A stretch of 64,000 bases of DNA from Candidatus Saccharimonadales bacterium (GCA_035758565.1 DASTXL010000001.1:396981-460980); one strand, 5' to 3'. Positions 47,351 to 57,089 are shown, counted from the stretch's first letter. The notes: a model not told the origin generated them from the letters alone. Numbers and translations are program-made.

Positions 47351-49420
47351 CTAGCGGTATATGGAATATAGGTCTGCCACTTCGACTTGCGAGAGCGCTC
47401 TGTTCCAAACGCGGGCGTCGTCTATGCTCCCGTTCCACGCGTTCGTTGCACCGGTGAAATTCAGGCCTCCAAAGCTGGGATTAAGAGCCACTGTGGTAGT
47501 AGATTTTAGTGCGGAATCCCAGTAAGACCTAAGGGTAGCTCCATCATAAGTTACGGTGAACATGTGCCACTGATTGACCGGAAGGGTCTGGCCAGAAGTG
47601 CTAGCAAAGGTAGATCCAGCGTAAGGTGTGGTGCCATATTCAAGCCCAATCGAATCACCGAAATTTTGGCTTCTTATACCGAAATAAGTATGCGTGTTAC
47701 TCGATCCCATTATTTCTGGCCAGTGGTAAATCGAAGAAGTAGTACGCATTAGCCAAATATTATAGGTAAAACCGGCCGGTAAGTTAGAGTAAATGCTCGG
47801 ACTGCCCACACCTATCCAGGCACCTGAATCACCTAGCTGGTAAGCACTGTTTGCTCGACCTTTGCGGTCTGCGGTTAAGGTTGCGCCATTCACAGTGCCA
47901 TTGTTGCCGTATGGCGTAGCATCGCGAGCGTTGCCGTTAAAGTCCCATTCGCTAATCAGCCCGGATGAAAGATTGATACTGCCACCTGAACTAGTCGCAC
48001 TATATAGAGGTATTTGTGAGTCGTAAGTGTTATATAAACTAGATACTTCGCTGGCACTTAAGTCGCGGTTATATATTCTGATGTCATCGAGCGACCCGTT
48101 AAAGTAACGGGACGAAGCCATAGGTCGGCCAAAGTATATCCAGTTCGCATAATTGGAAAAGTTGGGCGTGCCCGTTACGGCTGTCGAGATTTTTTGCGCC
48201 CCATCCACATAGATCTTCGTGGTAGTGTCCAAAACGACTACAACGTGATGCCAATTGTTGTTTGTGATTACCGGAGTTGACTGACTGAAATTAACCGTTC
48301 CGCCGGTTTGGCAATAGAACTGCAAATTAGTATTGCTTTGGCTTAAATGGCACTCGTTTTGGCCGCCAAAACCATCGCCATTGGTATTTTCTCCAGCGTA
48401 AATCATATGACCTAGAGTATTAGTTGTATTAGCCTTAAACCATAATGATACGCTCATAGGAAAAGTGAATTTTACACCATTAACCTGCAAGTAGCTTGAC
48501 GCCCCATCAAAAATGTAAGCGCTGCTGGCAGTGTTTTTTCTGTCTACGGCCAGTGTCGCTCCGCTTATAGTTGCATCGTGGTTGAATGGCGTCGAGTCCT
48601 TGCCATTGCCATTCATGCGCCACCAGCCAATTAAACCGTTTTCGCCGGCCCCTAGAGCAACCGAGGAGTTGTAAGTACCGTAAAGGACAGAGACCTCGGC
48701 GGCCGATAAAGCCCGGTTGTAGATTCTTACATCGTCGATTGAGTGAGTAGACGAGCCGGCGGCGTGTTCGCCGACTGTCCAATTGCCGGTGTTGTGCAGG
48801 GTAACCCCACTGACCGACTTTGTGGTAGAGCATACATTGCCGTCAAAATAGACTTTAACCGTTGAGCCATCGTAAGTTCCTACTAAATGGTGCCATGAAT
48901 TTATTGTCATAGTGCCGGTACTGCAGGCCGAATTGTACTGCAAGCCGGAATGGAAAACTCCAAACAACACCTGCCCATTGCCAAGCGTATAGAGGTCCCA
49001 GCTTCCCTCTGAAGTCCAGTTATTAGCGGCTAGATCGTAATAATTCACCAGGGTTGATTGGTTAACCCAGAGACTAACCGTGATTGCTGATGTTGGCAAC
49101 CCGCCGGCCGGCAAAGCAACATATTGGTTGGTACCATTGAAGCTCAGAGCTGAGTTCGCAGCACCATGGCGGTCGGTTGTTCCCGTGGGCCCACCCGTAA
49201 GTGTTCCGTTGTTGGCGTACGGTGTGGCATCTCTAGCGTTTCCGTCCATCTTCCACCAGCCAACCAAGCCCCTTTGGAGTTCAATGTCGCTCGAAGATAC
49301 TGGACCACCACCATTGCCCAGCAGCAAAGCTCGGGTTATGGTAGCTCCAGCACCCACTACTAAAACAGCTAGAGCAATAACAATATATTTTTGCCGGCGT
49401 GACCTAAACATAAGCCCCAT
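47351..49420 (-). CDS. secreted or anchored protein (689 aa) with three LamG_3 / concanavalin A-like lectin domains
   Basis: N-terminal signal anchor. Three repeats of LxGWWxMxGNxxDxTPxxNNGT ... WHHxV.TYDGxT...YxDG (LamG_3 signature). Confidence 0.8.
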   Translation of the reverse strand: MGLMFRSRRQKYIVIALAVLVVGAGATITRALLLGNGGGPVSSSDIELQRGLVGWWKMDGNARDATPYANNGTLTGGPTGTTDRHGAANSALSFNGTNQYVALPAGGLPTSAITVSLWVNQSTLVNYYDLAANNWTSEGSWDLYTLGNGQVLFGVFHSGLQYNSACSTGTMTINSWHHLVGTYDGSTVKVYFDGNVCSTTKSVSGVTLHNTGNWTVGEHAAGSSTHSIDDVRIYNRALSAAEVSVLYGTYNSSVALGAGENGLIGWWRMNGNGKDSTPFNHDATISGATLAVDRKNTASSAYIFDGASSYLQVNGVKFTFPMSVSLWFKANTTNTLGHMIYAGENTNGDGFGGQNECHLSQSNTNLQFYCQTGGTVNFSQSTPVITNNNWHHVVVVLDTTTKIYVDGAQKISTAVTGTPNFSNYANWIYFGRPMASSRYFNGSLDDIRIYNRDLSASEVSSLYNTYDSQIPLYSATSSGGSINLSSGLISEWDFNGNARDATPYGNNGTVNGATLTADRKGRANSAYQLGDSGAWIGVGSPSIYSNLPAGFTYNIWLMRTTSSIYHWPEIMGSSNTHTYFGIRSQNFGDSIGLEYGTTPYAGSTFASTSGQTLPVNQWHMFTVTYDGATLRSYWDSALKSTTTVALNPSFGGLNFTGATNAWNGSIDDARVWNRALSQVEVADLYSIYR

Positions 49421-49460
49421 TAACTTCAGTATGACAGAAGTTAGGGGCTTTAAAAAGTTC

Positions 49461-49766
49461 TTAAGCGATCTTGGTGATTTTTACCAAAGTATGGCGCTGG
49501 CGATGGCCGCGGACTTTACGAACACGCTTTTTAGCTTTGTAGCGGATAGCAACTACTTTGTCGGCTTTTACTTCTTGTTCGACTACTTCGGCACTAACTT
49601 TAGCACCGCTCACCAGCGGGGTGCCAACGCTCACTTTCTCGCCATCAATAACTAGCAATGGATCGAAGTCTACCGTCTTGCCAGCCTGCAAAAGCTCAAC
49701 TTCAACTTGCTCGCCTTCACTAACGAGGTATTGCTTTCCACCAGTGGCGATAACTGCTTTTTTCAT
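49461..49766 (-). CDS. rplU: 50S ribosomal protein L21
   Basis: MKKAVIATGGKQYLVSEGE..., full-length L21 similarity. It is not followed by rpmA. Confidence 0.9.
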   Translation of the reverse strand: MKKAVIATGGKQYLVSEGEQVEVELLQAGKTVDFDPLLVIDGEKVSVGTPLVSGAKVSAEVVEQEVKADKVVAIRYKAKKRVRKVRGHRQRHTLVKITKIA

Positions 49767-49990
49767 AAATCTTTTCTAAGTTTAATCCTTTTGATAACTA
49801 TTCTCCGGAAGAGCAGCGAGCTTGAACCGCCCTAAAGGCGGGCTCGGCTTTGCCGACGAGCGATGAGAAACCGCGAAGCGGTGTCTCATTTATCAAATAA
49901 GAGCTTAACAGATTAAGCAGTCAGTGTAAAGGGTTAACCCCTCTTGCCTTGCCTGAAGGGCCTCAGAGTTAACTAGCCATATAATGCTAG

Positions 49991-52906
49991 TTAACTCTTT
50001 ACTTTGGCTAGTGTAATCGTAACTTCTGCGCCATCCAGGGTGATCTGCTCGCTATGATCATTACCGCTCGGGTGGTCGGAAGCGGCAAGAGTCTCGGCAA
50101 AGATCTCAGTCTTAAAATTCTTGAAGGCTTGATTAACGCTATCAGAGTTGCTTTTAATATCTAGCTCAATTCGGTCATCAACATTAAGACCGGCATTTTT
50201 ACGGGCGTTCTGAATATGGCGAATGAGCTCGCGCATCAGGCCTTCTTGCCTAAGCTCTGGTGTTATCTTGGTCGAGATGGTTACGCCAATCTCGCCTTTT
50301 GGATCAAGCTTAACTTCTTTGACATTGAGCTCTTCGGCCACAATGTCGGCAAGTTCCGGTTTAAGTTCTCTAAGGCCATGCAGGGTTACAGCCTGCAGAG
50401 GTTGGCGCACTCTTATACCGGCTTCGGCCCGCTGCGCCAGACCTTGAGTGATTAGGTCGCGAACGGTAACCATTTCTTCTAATACCAGGCCGTTGGTCTG
50501 CCCGTTTGGCGGCCAGTCACAAAGGTGCACAGATTCCCCGCCAGTCAAATTGCGGTAAAGTTCATCGGCCAGGAACGGTGTGAAAGGTGCTAACACCAAG
50601 CTCAAACGAGCAAGAATGTAGTGCAATGTGCGGTAAGCCATATCTTTATCAGTATCGTTATCACTCTTCCAGAAACGCTTGCGCGAACGGCGGATATACC
50701 AGTTGCTGGCATCGTCAACAAACGGCAGAACACCTTTGAGAGCGCTCGGGATATCGTAGTTATCCATGTGTTCTTCTACTTGCGCAGTTAGCTCGTGCAC
50801 GCGGCTGACAATCCACTGGTCTAGTGGATGGGTTAAATCCTGATAGGGATCCTCGAGCTTGCCATCCCACTCCCAGCCATCAACCGATGCGTAAAGTGTA
50901 AAGAAGTCGTACATATTCCAAATCATGGCCAGTTTGCGCTGAACGTCCTGCACGTCTTTGTCGATCAGGGTAACATCTTCCCCTTTCATTACCGGCGAAG
51001 CTAGCAAAAACAGCCGCCAAGCGTCCACCGAATATCGATCAAATACTTCGCTCGGATCGGTGAAGTTGCCACGCGACTTGCTGAGCTTAAAGCCGTCGCT
51101 GCCCATAAGGTTCCCGGTAACAATGACGTTCTTAAAGGCGTTGTGGCCAAACAGCCCAACGTTTACGGCATGCACATAATAGAACCAGGCACGAACCTGT
51201 CCTACGTATTCGACAATAAAATCGCCTGGGAAGTTTTGCTCAAACTTATCCCTATTCTCAAACGGGTAATGGAATTGCGCAAAAGGCATAGAGCCACTTT
51301 CGAACCAGCAGTCCAAAACCTTATCGATTCGCTTGTAGTGCTTCCCTTCAAAATCAAACTCAACGTCGTCAATCCATGGGCGATGATAATCTTCTAGCTC
51401 TACGCCGCTTAATTCTTTGAGTTCAGCGTAGCTGCCAACCACTTTAATATCGCCGTCATCACTCTTCCAGACCGGCATGGCGGTAGCCCAGAAGCGATCA
51501 CGACTCAGGTTCCAATCTGGTGCCTGCAGAATGGTTTTTTCGAATCGACCGTGTTTAATGTATTCAGGGAACCAGTTAATATGTTCGGTGTTTTCTTCTA
51601 ACATTTCGGTTCGTTGGCCGTCGATATCCATAAACCAACTCGGATGCGCGCGGTACATTAAGCGATTGCCATTACGCAAATTGTGCGGGTATTCGTGCTG
51701 GATGTAATCGATCTTCCAAACTATGCCGCGGGCATGCAAGTCCTTGGCTATGGTTTTGTTAATTTCCCAGACATTTTCGCCTTTCCAGTCACCTTCGGTG
51801 TAATTTCCGTATTCGTCTAGTACGTGTACGACCGGGATGCCCTTTTCATGGGCCAGCTCAAAATCTTCTTCGCCATAGGCGGGCGCCAGGTGCACAATGC
51901 CACTACCATCATCGGTACTAAGGTCGGGGTAATCCCACACTCTGTGCGCGTTTTCACCGCGATGTACACCTAATAATGGCTCGTATTCAAGACCAATTAA
52001 TTCATGACCCTTAATGTCGTCACGAACAACTTTGTGCGGCACTGGCTGATGCTTTTCGTCTGTAAGGACTTTATCGATCAAGCTAGCCAAGAGGATCAGG
52101 TGATCGCCATTACTTACTTCGACTTCAGCATAAGTTTCGTTTTTGCCGACGCCAACCGCAGTGTTGCCCGGCAGAGTCCAGGGCGTTGTGGTCCAAGCCA
52201 GCAAAAAAGCTGGCGTTGCGCTGCCCTGCTCTATGGTTTCCTGTACTGGGAAGTTCTTTAATTTAAACTTCACGTAAACGCTCGGATCGGTCACTACCTG
52301 GTAGGCGCCAGCGTCCATTGTTACTTCGGCTTTAGAAAGCGGCGTAGCCCACTTAGTGTCATACATTAAGACCTTTTCGCCTTCATAGATTTTGCCAGCC
52401 TCATAGAGCTTCTTAAAGGCCCACCAGACGCTTTCCATATATTCTTTGTCCATGGTTTTGTAAGCGCCCTTAAAATCTACCCAGCGGCCAATACGATCAA
52501 TGGTGTCTTCCCACTCACTACTAGTCTGCACCATGCTTTCGCGGGCAGTTCGGATGTAGTCTTCTAGGCTAATCTTGGTGCCAATATCATGGCGATCGGT
52601 AATACCCAGCTTTTTTTCAACAAAGTTCTCGGCTGGCAAACCATGACAGTCCCAGCCCCAAACGCGCTCTACTCGCTTGCCTTTCATAGTCTGATAGCGC
52701 GGCACGGCGTCTTTAACGATGCTAGAAAGCAGCGTACCGTGGTGCGGCACCCCTGTAATAAATGGAGGGCCGTCATAAAACACATAGCTGTCGGCAGCCG
52801 GTCGCTGCTGCACCGACTTTTCGAAAATCTTGTTGTCGCGCCAATAATTGACGAGGTCTTTCTCGTATTCGATTGCTTTTCGGCGAGTGCCTTGTTTGAA
52901 TTTCAT
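49991..52906 (-). CDS. ileS: isoleucyl-tRNA synthetase (type 2, eukaryote-like)
   Basis: 971 aa; HIGH-region variant PHHGT, KMSKS variant KLSKS, and the CP1 editing domain. Confidence 0.9.
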   Translation of the reverse strand: MKFKQGTRRKAIEYEKDLVNYWRDNKIFEKSVQQRPAADSYVFYDGPPFITGVPHHGTLLSSIVKDAVPRYQTMKGKRVERVWGWDCHGLPAENFVEKKLGITDRHDIGTKISLEDYIRTARESMVQTSSEWEDTIDRIGRWVDFKGAYKTMDKEYMESVWWAFKKLYEAGKIYEGEKVLMYDTKWATPLSKAEVTMDAGAYQVVTDPSVYVKFKLKNFPVQETIEQGSATPAFLLAWTTTPWTLPGNTAVGVGKNETYAEVEVSNGDHLILLASLIDKVLTDEKHQPVPHKVVRDDIKGHELIGLEYEPLLGVHRGENAHRVWDYPDLSTDDGSGIVHLAPAYGEEDFELAHEKGIPVVHVLDEYGNYTEGDWKGENVWEINKTIAKDLHARGIVWKIDYIQHEYPHNLRNGNRLMYRAHPSWFMDIDGQRTEMLEENTEHINWFPEYIKHGRFEKTILQAPDWNLSRDRFWATAMPVWKSDDGDIKVVGSYAELKELSGVELEDYHRPWIDDVEFDFEGKHYKRIDKVLDCWFESGSMPFAQFHYPFENRDKFEQNFPGDFIVEYVGQVRAWFYYVHAVNVGLFGHNAFKNVIVTGNLMGSDGFKLSKSRGNFTDPSEVFDRYSVDAWRLFLLASPVMKGEDVTLIDKDVQDVQRKLAMIWNMYDFFTLYASVDGWEWDGKLEDPYQDLTHPLDQWIVSRVHELTAQVEEHMDNYDIPSALKGVLPFVDDASNWYIRRSRKRFWKSDNDTDKDMAYRTLHYILARLSLVLAPFTPFLADELYRNLTGGESVHLCDWPPNGQTNGLVLEEMVTVRDLITQGLAQRAEAGIRVRQPLQAVTLHGLRELKPELADIVAEELNVKEVKLDPKGEIGVTISTKITPELRQEGLMRELIRHIQNARKNAGLNVDDRIELDIKSNSDSVNQAFKNFKTEIFAETLAASDHPSGNDHSEQITLDGAEVTITLAKVKS

Positions 52907-53135
52907 CTTTCTCCTTAATAAAATAACCTCTTAAAAGTTCCCTGGAGCCCTTGCGGGCGGTACCATCCAGATTCCTTTAAAGAGGCACTTATTTTCTCCG
53001 GTAACGACGGATCAACTCGTCGGGTTCTACTTGCCAAAAGGCTTTCTTCCCACTCCGCAACCTTTATGCAAGGTTTCGCAGTTGATAGCTGCTGATAACG
53101 GACTTCTTTGAATTGTTCACTTAGAGAATAACCTA
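52907..53135 (-). ncRNA. candidate T-box leader (Ile specifier) upstream of ileS
   Basis: On the minus strand, AAGGAATCTGGATGGTACCGCCCGCAAGGGC matches the T-box core (AGGGUGGNACCGCG). It is followed by a bulged hairpin (CTGGA...TCCAG) plus UUUU, then AAGGAG and the ATG. An upstream stem-loop carries an AUC-A specifier candidate (plus-strand gat at 53084-53086). Confidence 0.55.
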
Positions 53136-53158
53136 AAGGGGTAAAAACTGCAATGAGG

Positions 53159-53425
53159 CTAGGGTCTTGCGTAGGAATAGACTTCGTCAAGGGAGGGCCA
53201 GGGTAAATCTTGCCAGAGTTTTTGCAAACCGCCATCCCCTGTCAAAACCAAAAGTGCGGGATACCGGACTATATCATAAAGCGCAGCCATATCAGACCCT
53301 TCTTTTGTCTCTAAGCTAACTAGTTCAATGGTTTGGCCATAGTGACGAGCCTCGAAATCACGCTTAAAATCCTGAGTCATTCCGTCTTGTTCGCTGTTGG
53401 GATGATAAAGGATAACTATTCTCAT
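53159..53425 (-). CDS. small thioredoxin/glutaredoxin-fold-like protein lacking a CxxC motif (88 aa)
   Basis: Secondary-structure pattern beta-alpha-beta-alpha with RYPALLVL at the cis-Pro position and GDGG, but NSEQ where CxxC would be. Preceded by an extended -10 box TGTTATACT. Lies immediately downstream of nrdJ. Confidence 0.4.
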   Translation of the reverse strand: MRIVILYHPNSEQDGMTQDFKRDFEARHYGQTIELVSLETKEGSDMAALYDIVRYPALLVLTGDGGLQKLWQDLPWPSLDEVYSYARP

Positions 53426-53501
53426 TTGGATTTAGCCATAATAATTTTCAGTATAACAAACTGCTCTTGTTTAGATTTGGACTGGCCCAATATCCAAACA
53501 G

Positions 53502-53530
53502 TAAAAGGGCTTTAAAGAAAAGCCCTTTTA
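53502..53530. terminator. intrinsic terminator hairpin (AAAAGGGCTTT, loop, AAAGCCCTTTT) after nrdJ
   Basis: Perfect 11-bp stem flanked by A/T runs on both sides; probably bidirectional. Confidence 0.65.
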
Positions 53531-53548
53531 ACTTACCTAGCTCAGTCT

Positions 53549-56341
53549 TTAGCTGCAACCCGTAGTTGAACCGCAGCTAGTGCAGACGTAACAGCTACCG
53601 GCACGCTGAGTCTGATTACCGCAGTTAAAGCACATTGGCGCGGCATCGTCAGCCTTGGCGGCTTCAGTTGGGTTAGTGTTTTGACTAACTGTGGCAGCCG
53701 GAGCTGTACTGGCAGATACAACTTTAGGCTGTTCGCTGATTGGCTGCTCTTCTTTAACTTCTGGCTTAACCTCTTCGAGCAAACTGGTTTGGTTTTCTGG
53801 CATATCATCGATGGATGCCAGACCCAGCTCTAAGCGATCGTCAAACGACAGATAAGTCAGCGCCAAGCGACGAGCAATGTAGTCAACTAGTGAAGTAGCT
53901 GTGCGAATTTCTGGATCGCTAGTGATACCGGATGGTGCAAAGCTCATGCTAGTGAAGGCCTGAACGTATGTCTTGAGAGGAACGCCATATTGCAAGCCGT
54001 GACTAATGCTAATCGCAAAGGCGTCCATCAGACCACGCAAGGTCGAGCCCATCTTAGAGACCGAGATAAATAACTCGCCAGGGGCACCGTCGTCGTACTC
54101 GCCGACTGTGAAGTAACCCTTGCTATCAGCAACCGAAAAACTAAAGGTTTTGGAGTTGCGAATCTTTGGCATATCACGGCGAACTGCGCCATGAGGCACA
54201 GCCACTGCAGTGGTCACGACCTCAACGGCCGCAGCTGGAGCTTCCTTGTTGCCGTCATCTTTTTTAGCCATAGCCAGCGGCTGGGCAACCTTACAGTTGT
54301 CGCGGTAGATAGCAACCGCTTTAAGGCCAAGTTTCCAGGCCTCCAGGTGCAGTTGTTCTATTTCTTCAACAGTGGCTTCTTCTGGCATGTTAACCGTCTT
54401 GCTAATAGCGCCGGAAATGAACGGCTGAACAGCAGCCATCATCTTGACATGGCCGAGGTAGTGAATAGGATTGTCGCCCATAGAACAGGCAAACACATTT
54501 TGGTGCTCGCTCTTAAGATGCGGAGCGCCAGTAATAGTCTTTTCGGTATCGATGTAGTTAACAATATCTTCGATCTGACCCTTGTTGTAGCCAAGGGCCT
54601 TTAGCGCTCTGGGCACAGTTTGGTTAACAATACTCATAGTACCGCCGCCAACTAATTTTTTGACCTTAACCAAGCCTAGATCCGGTTCAATACCAGTGGT
54701 ATCGCAGTCCATCATCAGTCCGATGGTGCCAGTTGGAGCAAGAACAGAAGCCTGAGAATTCCTAACTCCATGCAGTTCAGCTAGCTCAATAGCCTCATCC
54801 CATGCGTTAGCGGCAGCATTTAAAAGCTCTTCACTAACCAAAGCGGCGTCGATCTTGTTGACTTCGTCGCGGTGCTGGCGCAGGACTTTATTCATAGCCT
54901 CACGATCTTTGTGGTAGCCGGCAAATGGACCAACTTTGCGAGCCATCCGGGCACTAGTGGCATAAGCATGGCCCGTCATTAGAGCTGTGATAGCAGCAGC
55001 TTGGGCGCGGCCTTCATCGCTGTCGTACGGCAAGCCCTGAGCCATGAGCAAAGCACCTAGATTGGCATAGCCAAGACCGAGTTCTCGGTAAGCTTTAGCG
55101 TTCTTGGTGATGTTTTCGGTTGGATATTCGCTATAGCCCACCAATATTTCTTGAGCCGTGAACATCAGCTCAACGGTATGCTTGAAAGATTCAATATCGA
55201 AACTAAAGTCATCGTTCAAGTACTTAAGCAGGTTTATGCTGGCCAAGTTACAAGCCGAGTTATCCAGGTGCATGTACTCGCTGCACGGGTTAGAGCCGTT
55301 GATGCGGCCGGCGTTTGGCGCAGTGTGCCAGTGGTTGATAGTAGTATCAAACTGCAAGCCAGGATCGGCGCATTCCCAAGCGGCTTTGGCGATTTGGTGC
55401 CAAATGTCGCGGGCTTTAACGGTTTGGACGGTTTTGCCATCTTTAACGGTTCTTAGTTGCCAATCGGCATCGTTTTCTACAGCGCGCATAAAGTCATCTG
55501 TTACACGCACAGAATTATTAGCGTTTTGGTATTGCACACTAAAGCTGTCTTTGCCGTCCAAGCTCATATCCCAACCAGCGGCTTCTAGGTCGCGAGCTTT
55601 GCGCTCCTCGATTGCCTTACACCAAATAAACTCTTCTACATCGGGGTGATCAACGTTAAGAATGACCATCTTAGCGGCCCGGCGAGTCTTGCCACCGCTT
55701 TTAATAGCTCCAGCACTAGCATCAGCGCCGCGCATAAAGCTCAAAGGTCCACTGGCAGTACCAGCACTTTTGCCTAAGGACTCTTTGCTGGAACGCAAGG
55801 TGCTGATGTTGATACCAGAACCAGAACCACCTTTAAAGATCATGCCCTCTTCTTTGTACCAGTTAAGAATTGACGGCATAGTGTCTTCGACAGCCAAAAT
55901 AAAGCAAGCGCTAGCCTGCTGAGAACGCTCGGGAACGCCAATGTTGAACCAAACCGGTGAGTTAAACGCAGCGCGCTGCGTAGCTAATACGTACTTAAGT
56001 TCTTCTCGAAAATCTTCGGCTTCCGATTCTGAGTCAAAATAGCCTTCCTGCTGGCCCTGGCGGGTAACCGTATCAACGACACGGTCAATCAAAGTTTTGA
56101 GAGAGGCTTCACGCTCAGGAGTGCCTGGCGTACCCGTAAAATATTTCTGGGCAACGATATTAATAGCGTTGAGGCTCCAGCCCTCTGGAAAATCCACGCT
56201 TTTTTGTTCGAAAACCGGCTTACCGGTCATTGGGTTGGCGATTAGCGAATCACGCTTTACCCATTTTAGTGAGTCGTAGGCCTTGCTCTTCGGTTTTGTG
56301 AAGAGTCTATTAACCCTACCGTCTTTAGTTGCCTGAGCCAT
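53549..56341 (-). CDS. nrdJ: adenosylcobalamin-dependent ribonucleotide reductase (class II)
   Basis: 930 aa; NPCSE active-site motif; C-terminal Cys-rich zinc-ribbon tail (CFNCGNQTQRAGSCYVCTSCGS). Confidence 0.9.
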   Translation of the reverse strand: MAQATKDGRVNRLFTKPKSKAYDSLKWVKRDSLIANPMTGKPVFEQKSVDFPEGWSLNAINIVAQKYFTGTPGTPEREASLKTLIDRVVDTVTRQGQQEGYFDSESEAEDFREELKYVLATQRAAFNSPVWFNIGVPERSQQASACFILAVEDTMPSILNWYKEEGMIFKGGSGSGINISTLRSSKESLGKSAGTASGPLSFMRGADASAGAIKSGGKTRRAAKMVILNVDHPDVEEFIWCKAIEERKARDLEAAGWDMSLDGKDSFSVQYQNANNSVRVTDDFMRAVENDADWQLRTVKDGKTVQTVKARDIWHQIAKAAWECADPGLQFDTTINHWHTAPNAGRINGSNPCSEYMHLDNSACNLASINLLKYLNDDFSFDIESFKHTVELMFTAQEILVGYSEYPTENITKNAKAYRELGLGYANLGALLMAQGLPYDSDEGRAQAAAITALMTGHAYATSARMARKVGPFAGYHKDREAMNKVLRQHRDEVNKIDAALVSEELLNAAANAWDEAIELAELHGVRNSQASVLAPTGTIGLMMDCDTTGIEPDLGLVKVKKLVGGGTMSIVNQTVPRALKALGYNKGQIEDIVNYIDTEKTITGAPHLKSEHQNVFACSMGDNPIHYLGHVKMMAAVQPFISGAISKTVNMPEEATVEEIEQLHLEAWKLGLKAVAIYRDNCKVAQPLAMAKKDDGNKEAPAAAVEVVTTAVAVPHGAVRRDMPKIRNSKTFSFSVADSKGYFTVGEYDDGAPGELFISVSKMGSTLRGLMDAFAISISHGLQYGVPLKTYVQAFTSMSFAPSGITSDPEIRTATSLVDYIARRLALTYLSFDDRLELGLASIDDMPENQTSLLEEVKPEVKEEQPISEQPKVVSASTAPAATVSQNTNPTEAAKADDAAPMCFNCGNQTQRAGSCYVCTSCGSTTGCS

Positions 56342-56555
56342 TTGTATATTCCCCTCTCTTACTTGCTCTTGTTTTAGAGTTTGTTTTAAAAATTTTTATC
56401 TTTTACGAGCTAGTGAATGAGTGCTCTTCTTCGTCCCTCTCGATCAAGCACCACCCTTGCTCCTCTAGACAATTCTCATAATAGAACACGACAAGTGCCT
56501 AGAGCAACACACTAATTTATTTGTTTTAGTGCGGCTTAGAGTTTAAGCCTCGTTT

Positions 56556-57053
56556 TTATTTTGCAGCTGACTTTTTGGTAGTAGTTTTATCGGCGTTAGC
56601 TTTTTCTTCGCGAATGCGAGAAAGCTCACGTTCAAAACTAGAAATATCGCGGAATTTCCTATATACGCTTGCGAACCGCACATAGGCAACCTCGCTGAGT
56701 TTTGGCAAGCCGGCCATGACTAACTCGCCAATATCGGTCGAGCAAACTTCCGGCTCCCCTCTGTCATAAAGTTCGCGCTCAATCTGAGCTACAAAATTTT
56801 CTAGCTGCAAATGAGTCACATTGGTTTTTTCGATTGCGTGCTGCAAACCTTTCAGCAATTTATCGCGACTGAAAAGCTGCCTTGTGCCGTTGCGCTTAAC
56901 GACTATTAAACTCGGACGTTCTAAACGCTCGTAAGTCGTCCAGCGATAGCCGCAGTTTAAGCACTGGCGGCGGCGGCGGATAGCTTCGCCATCGGCGACA
57001 TCACGCGATTCTATAACCTTATTTTCTAATGAATGACAGTGGTGACACTTCAT
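56556..57053 (-). CDS. nrdR: transcriptional repressor NrdR
   Basis: N-terminal zinc ribbon (CHHC...C..C) plus an ATP-cone. Confidence 0.9.
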   Translation of the reverse strand: MKCHHCHSLENKVIESRDVADGEAIRRRRQCLNCGYRWTTYERLERPSLIVVKRNGTRQLFSRDKLLKGLQHAIEKTNVTHLQLENFVAQIERELYDRGEPEVCSTDIGELVMAGLPKLSEVAYVRFASVYRKFRDISSFERELSRIREEKANADKTTTKKSAAK

Positions 57054-57089
57054 TATTACTACCTCTGAAGTTTAGCTGGTTTAATGTGC

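Noticed and set aside
52915-53235. 106-aa minus-strand ORF upstream of ileS
   Set aside because: It overlaps the T-box-like leader and starts inside the putative small thioredoxin-like gene region. It has no ribosome-binding site, and the leader interpretation explains the sequence conservation better.
53542-53808. 88-aa ORF overlapping the 3' end of nrdJ
   Set aside because: It is in an alternative frame of the nrdJ C-terminus and is Ser/Leu/Pro-rich low complexity.
56342-56555. NrdR box or cobalamin riboswitch directly upstream of nrdJ
   Set aside because: Only weak partial palindromes (CTCTAG...CTAGAG) were seen. There is no B12-box-like conserved core, and class II nrdJ is not usually B12-riboswitch regulated.
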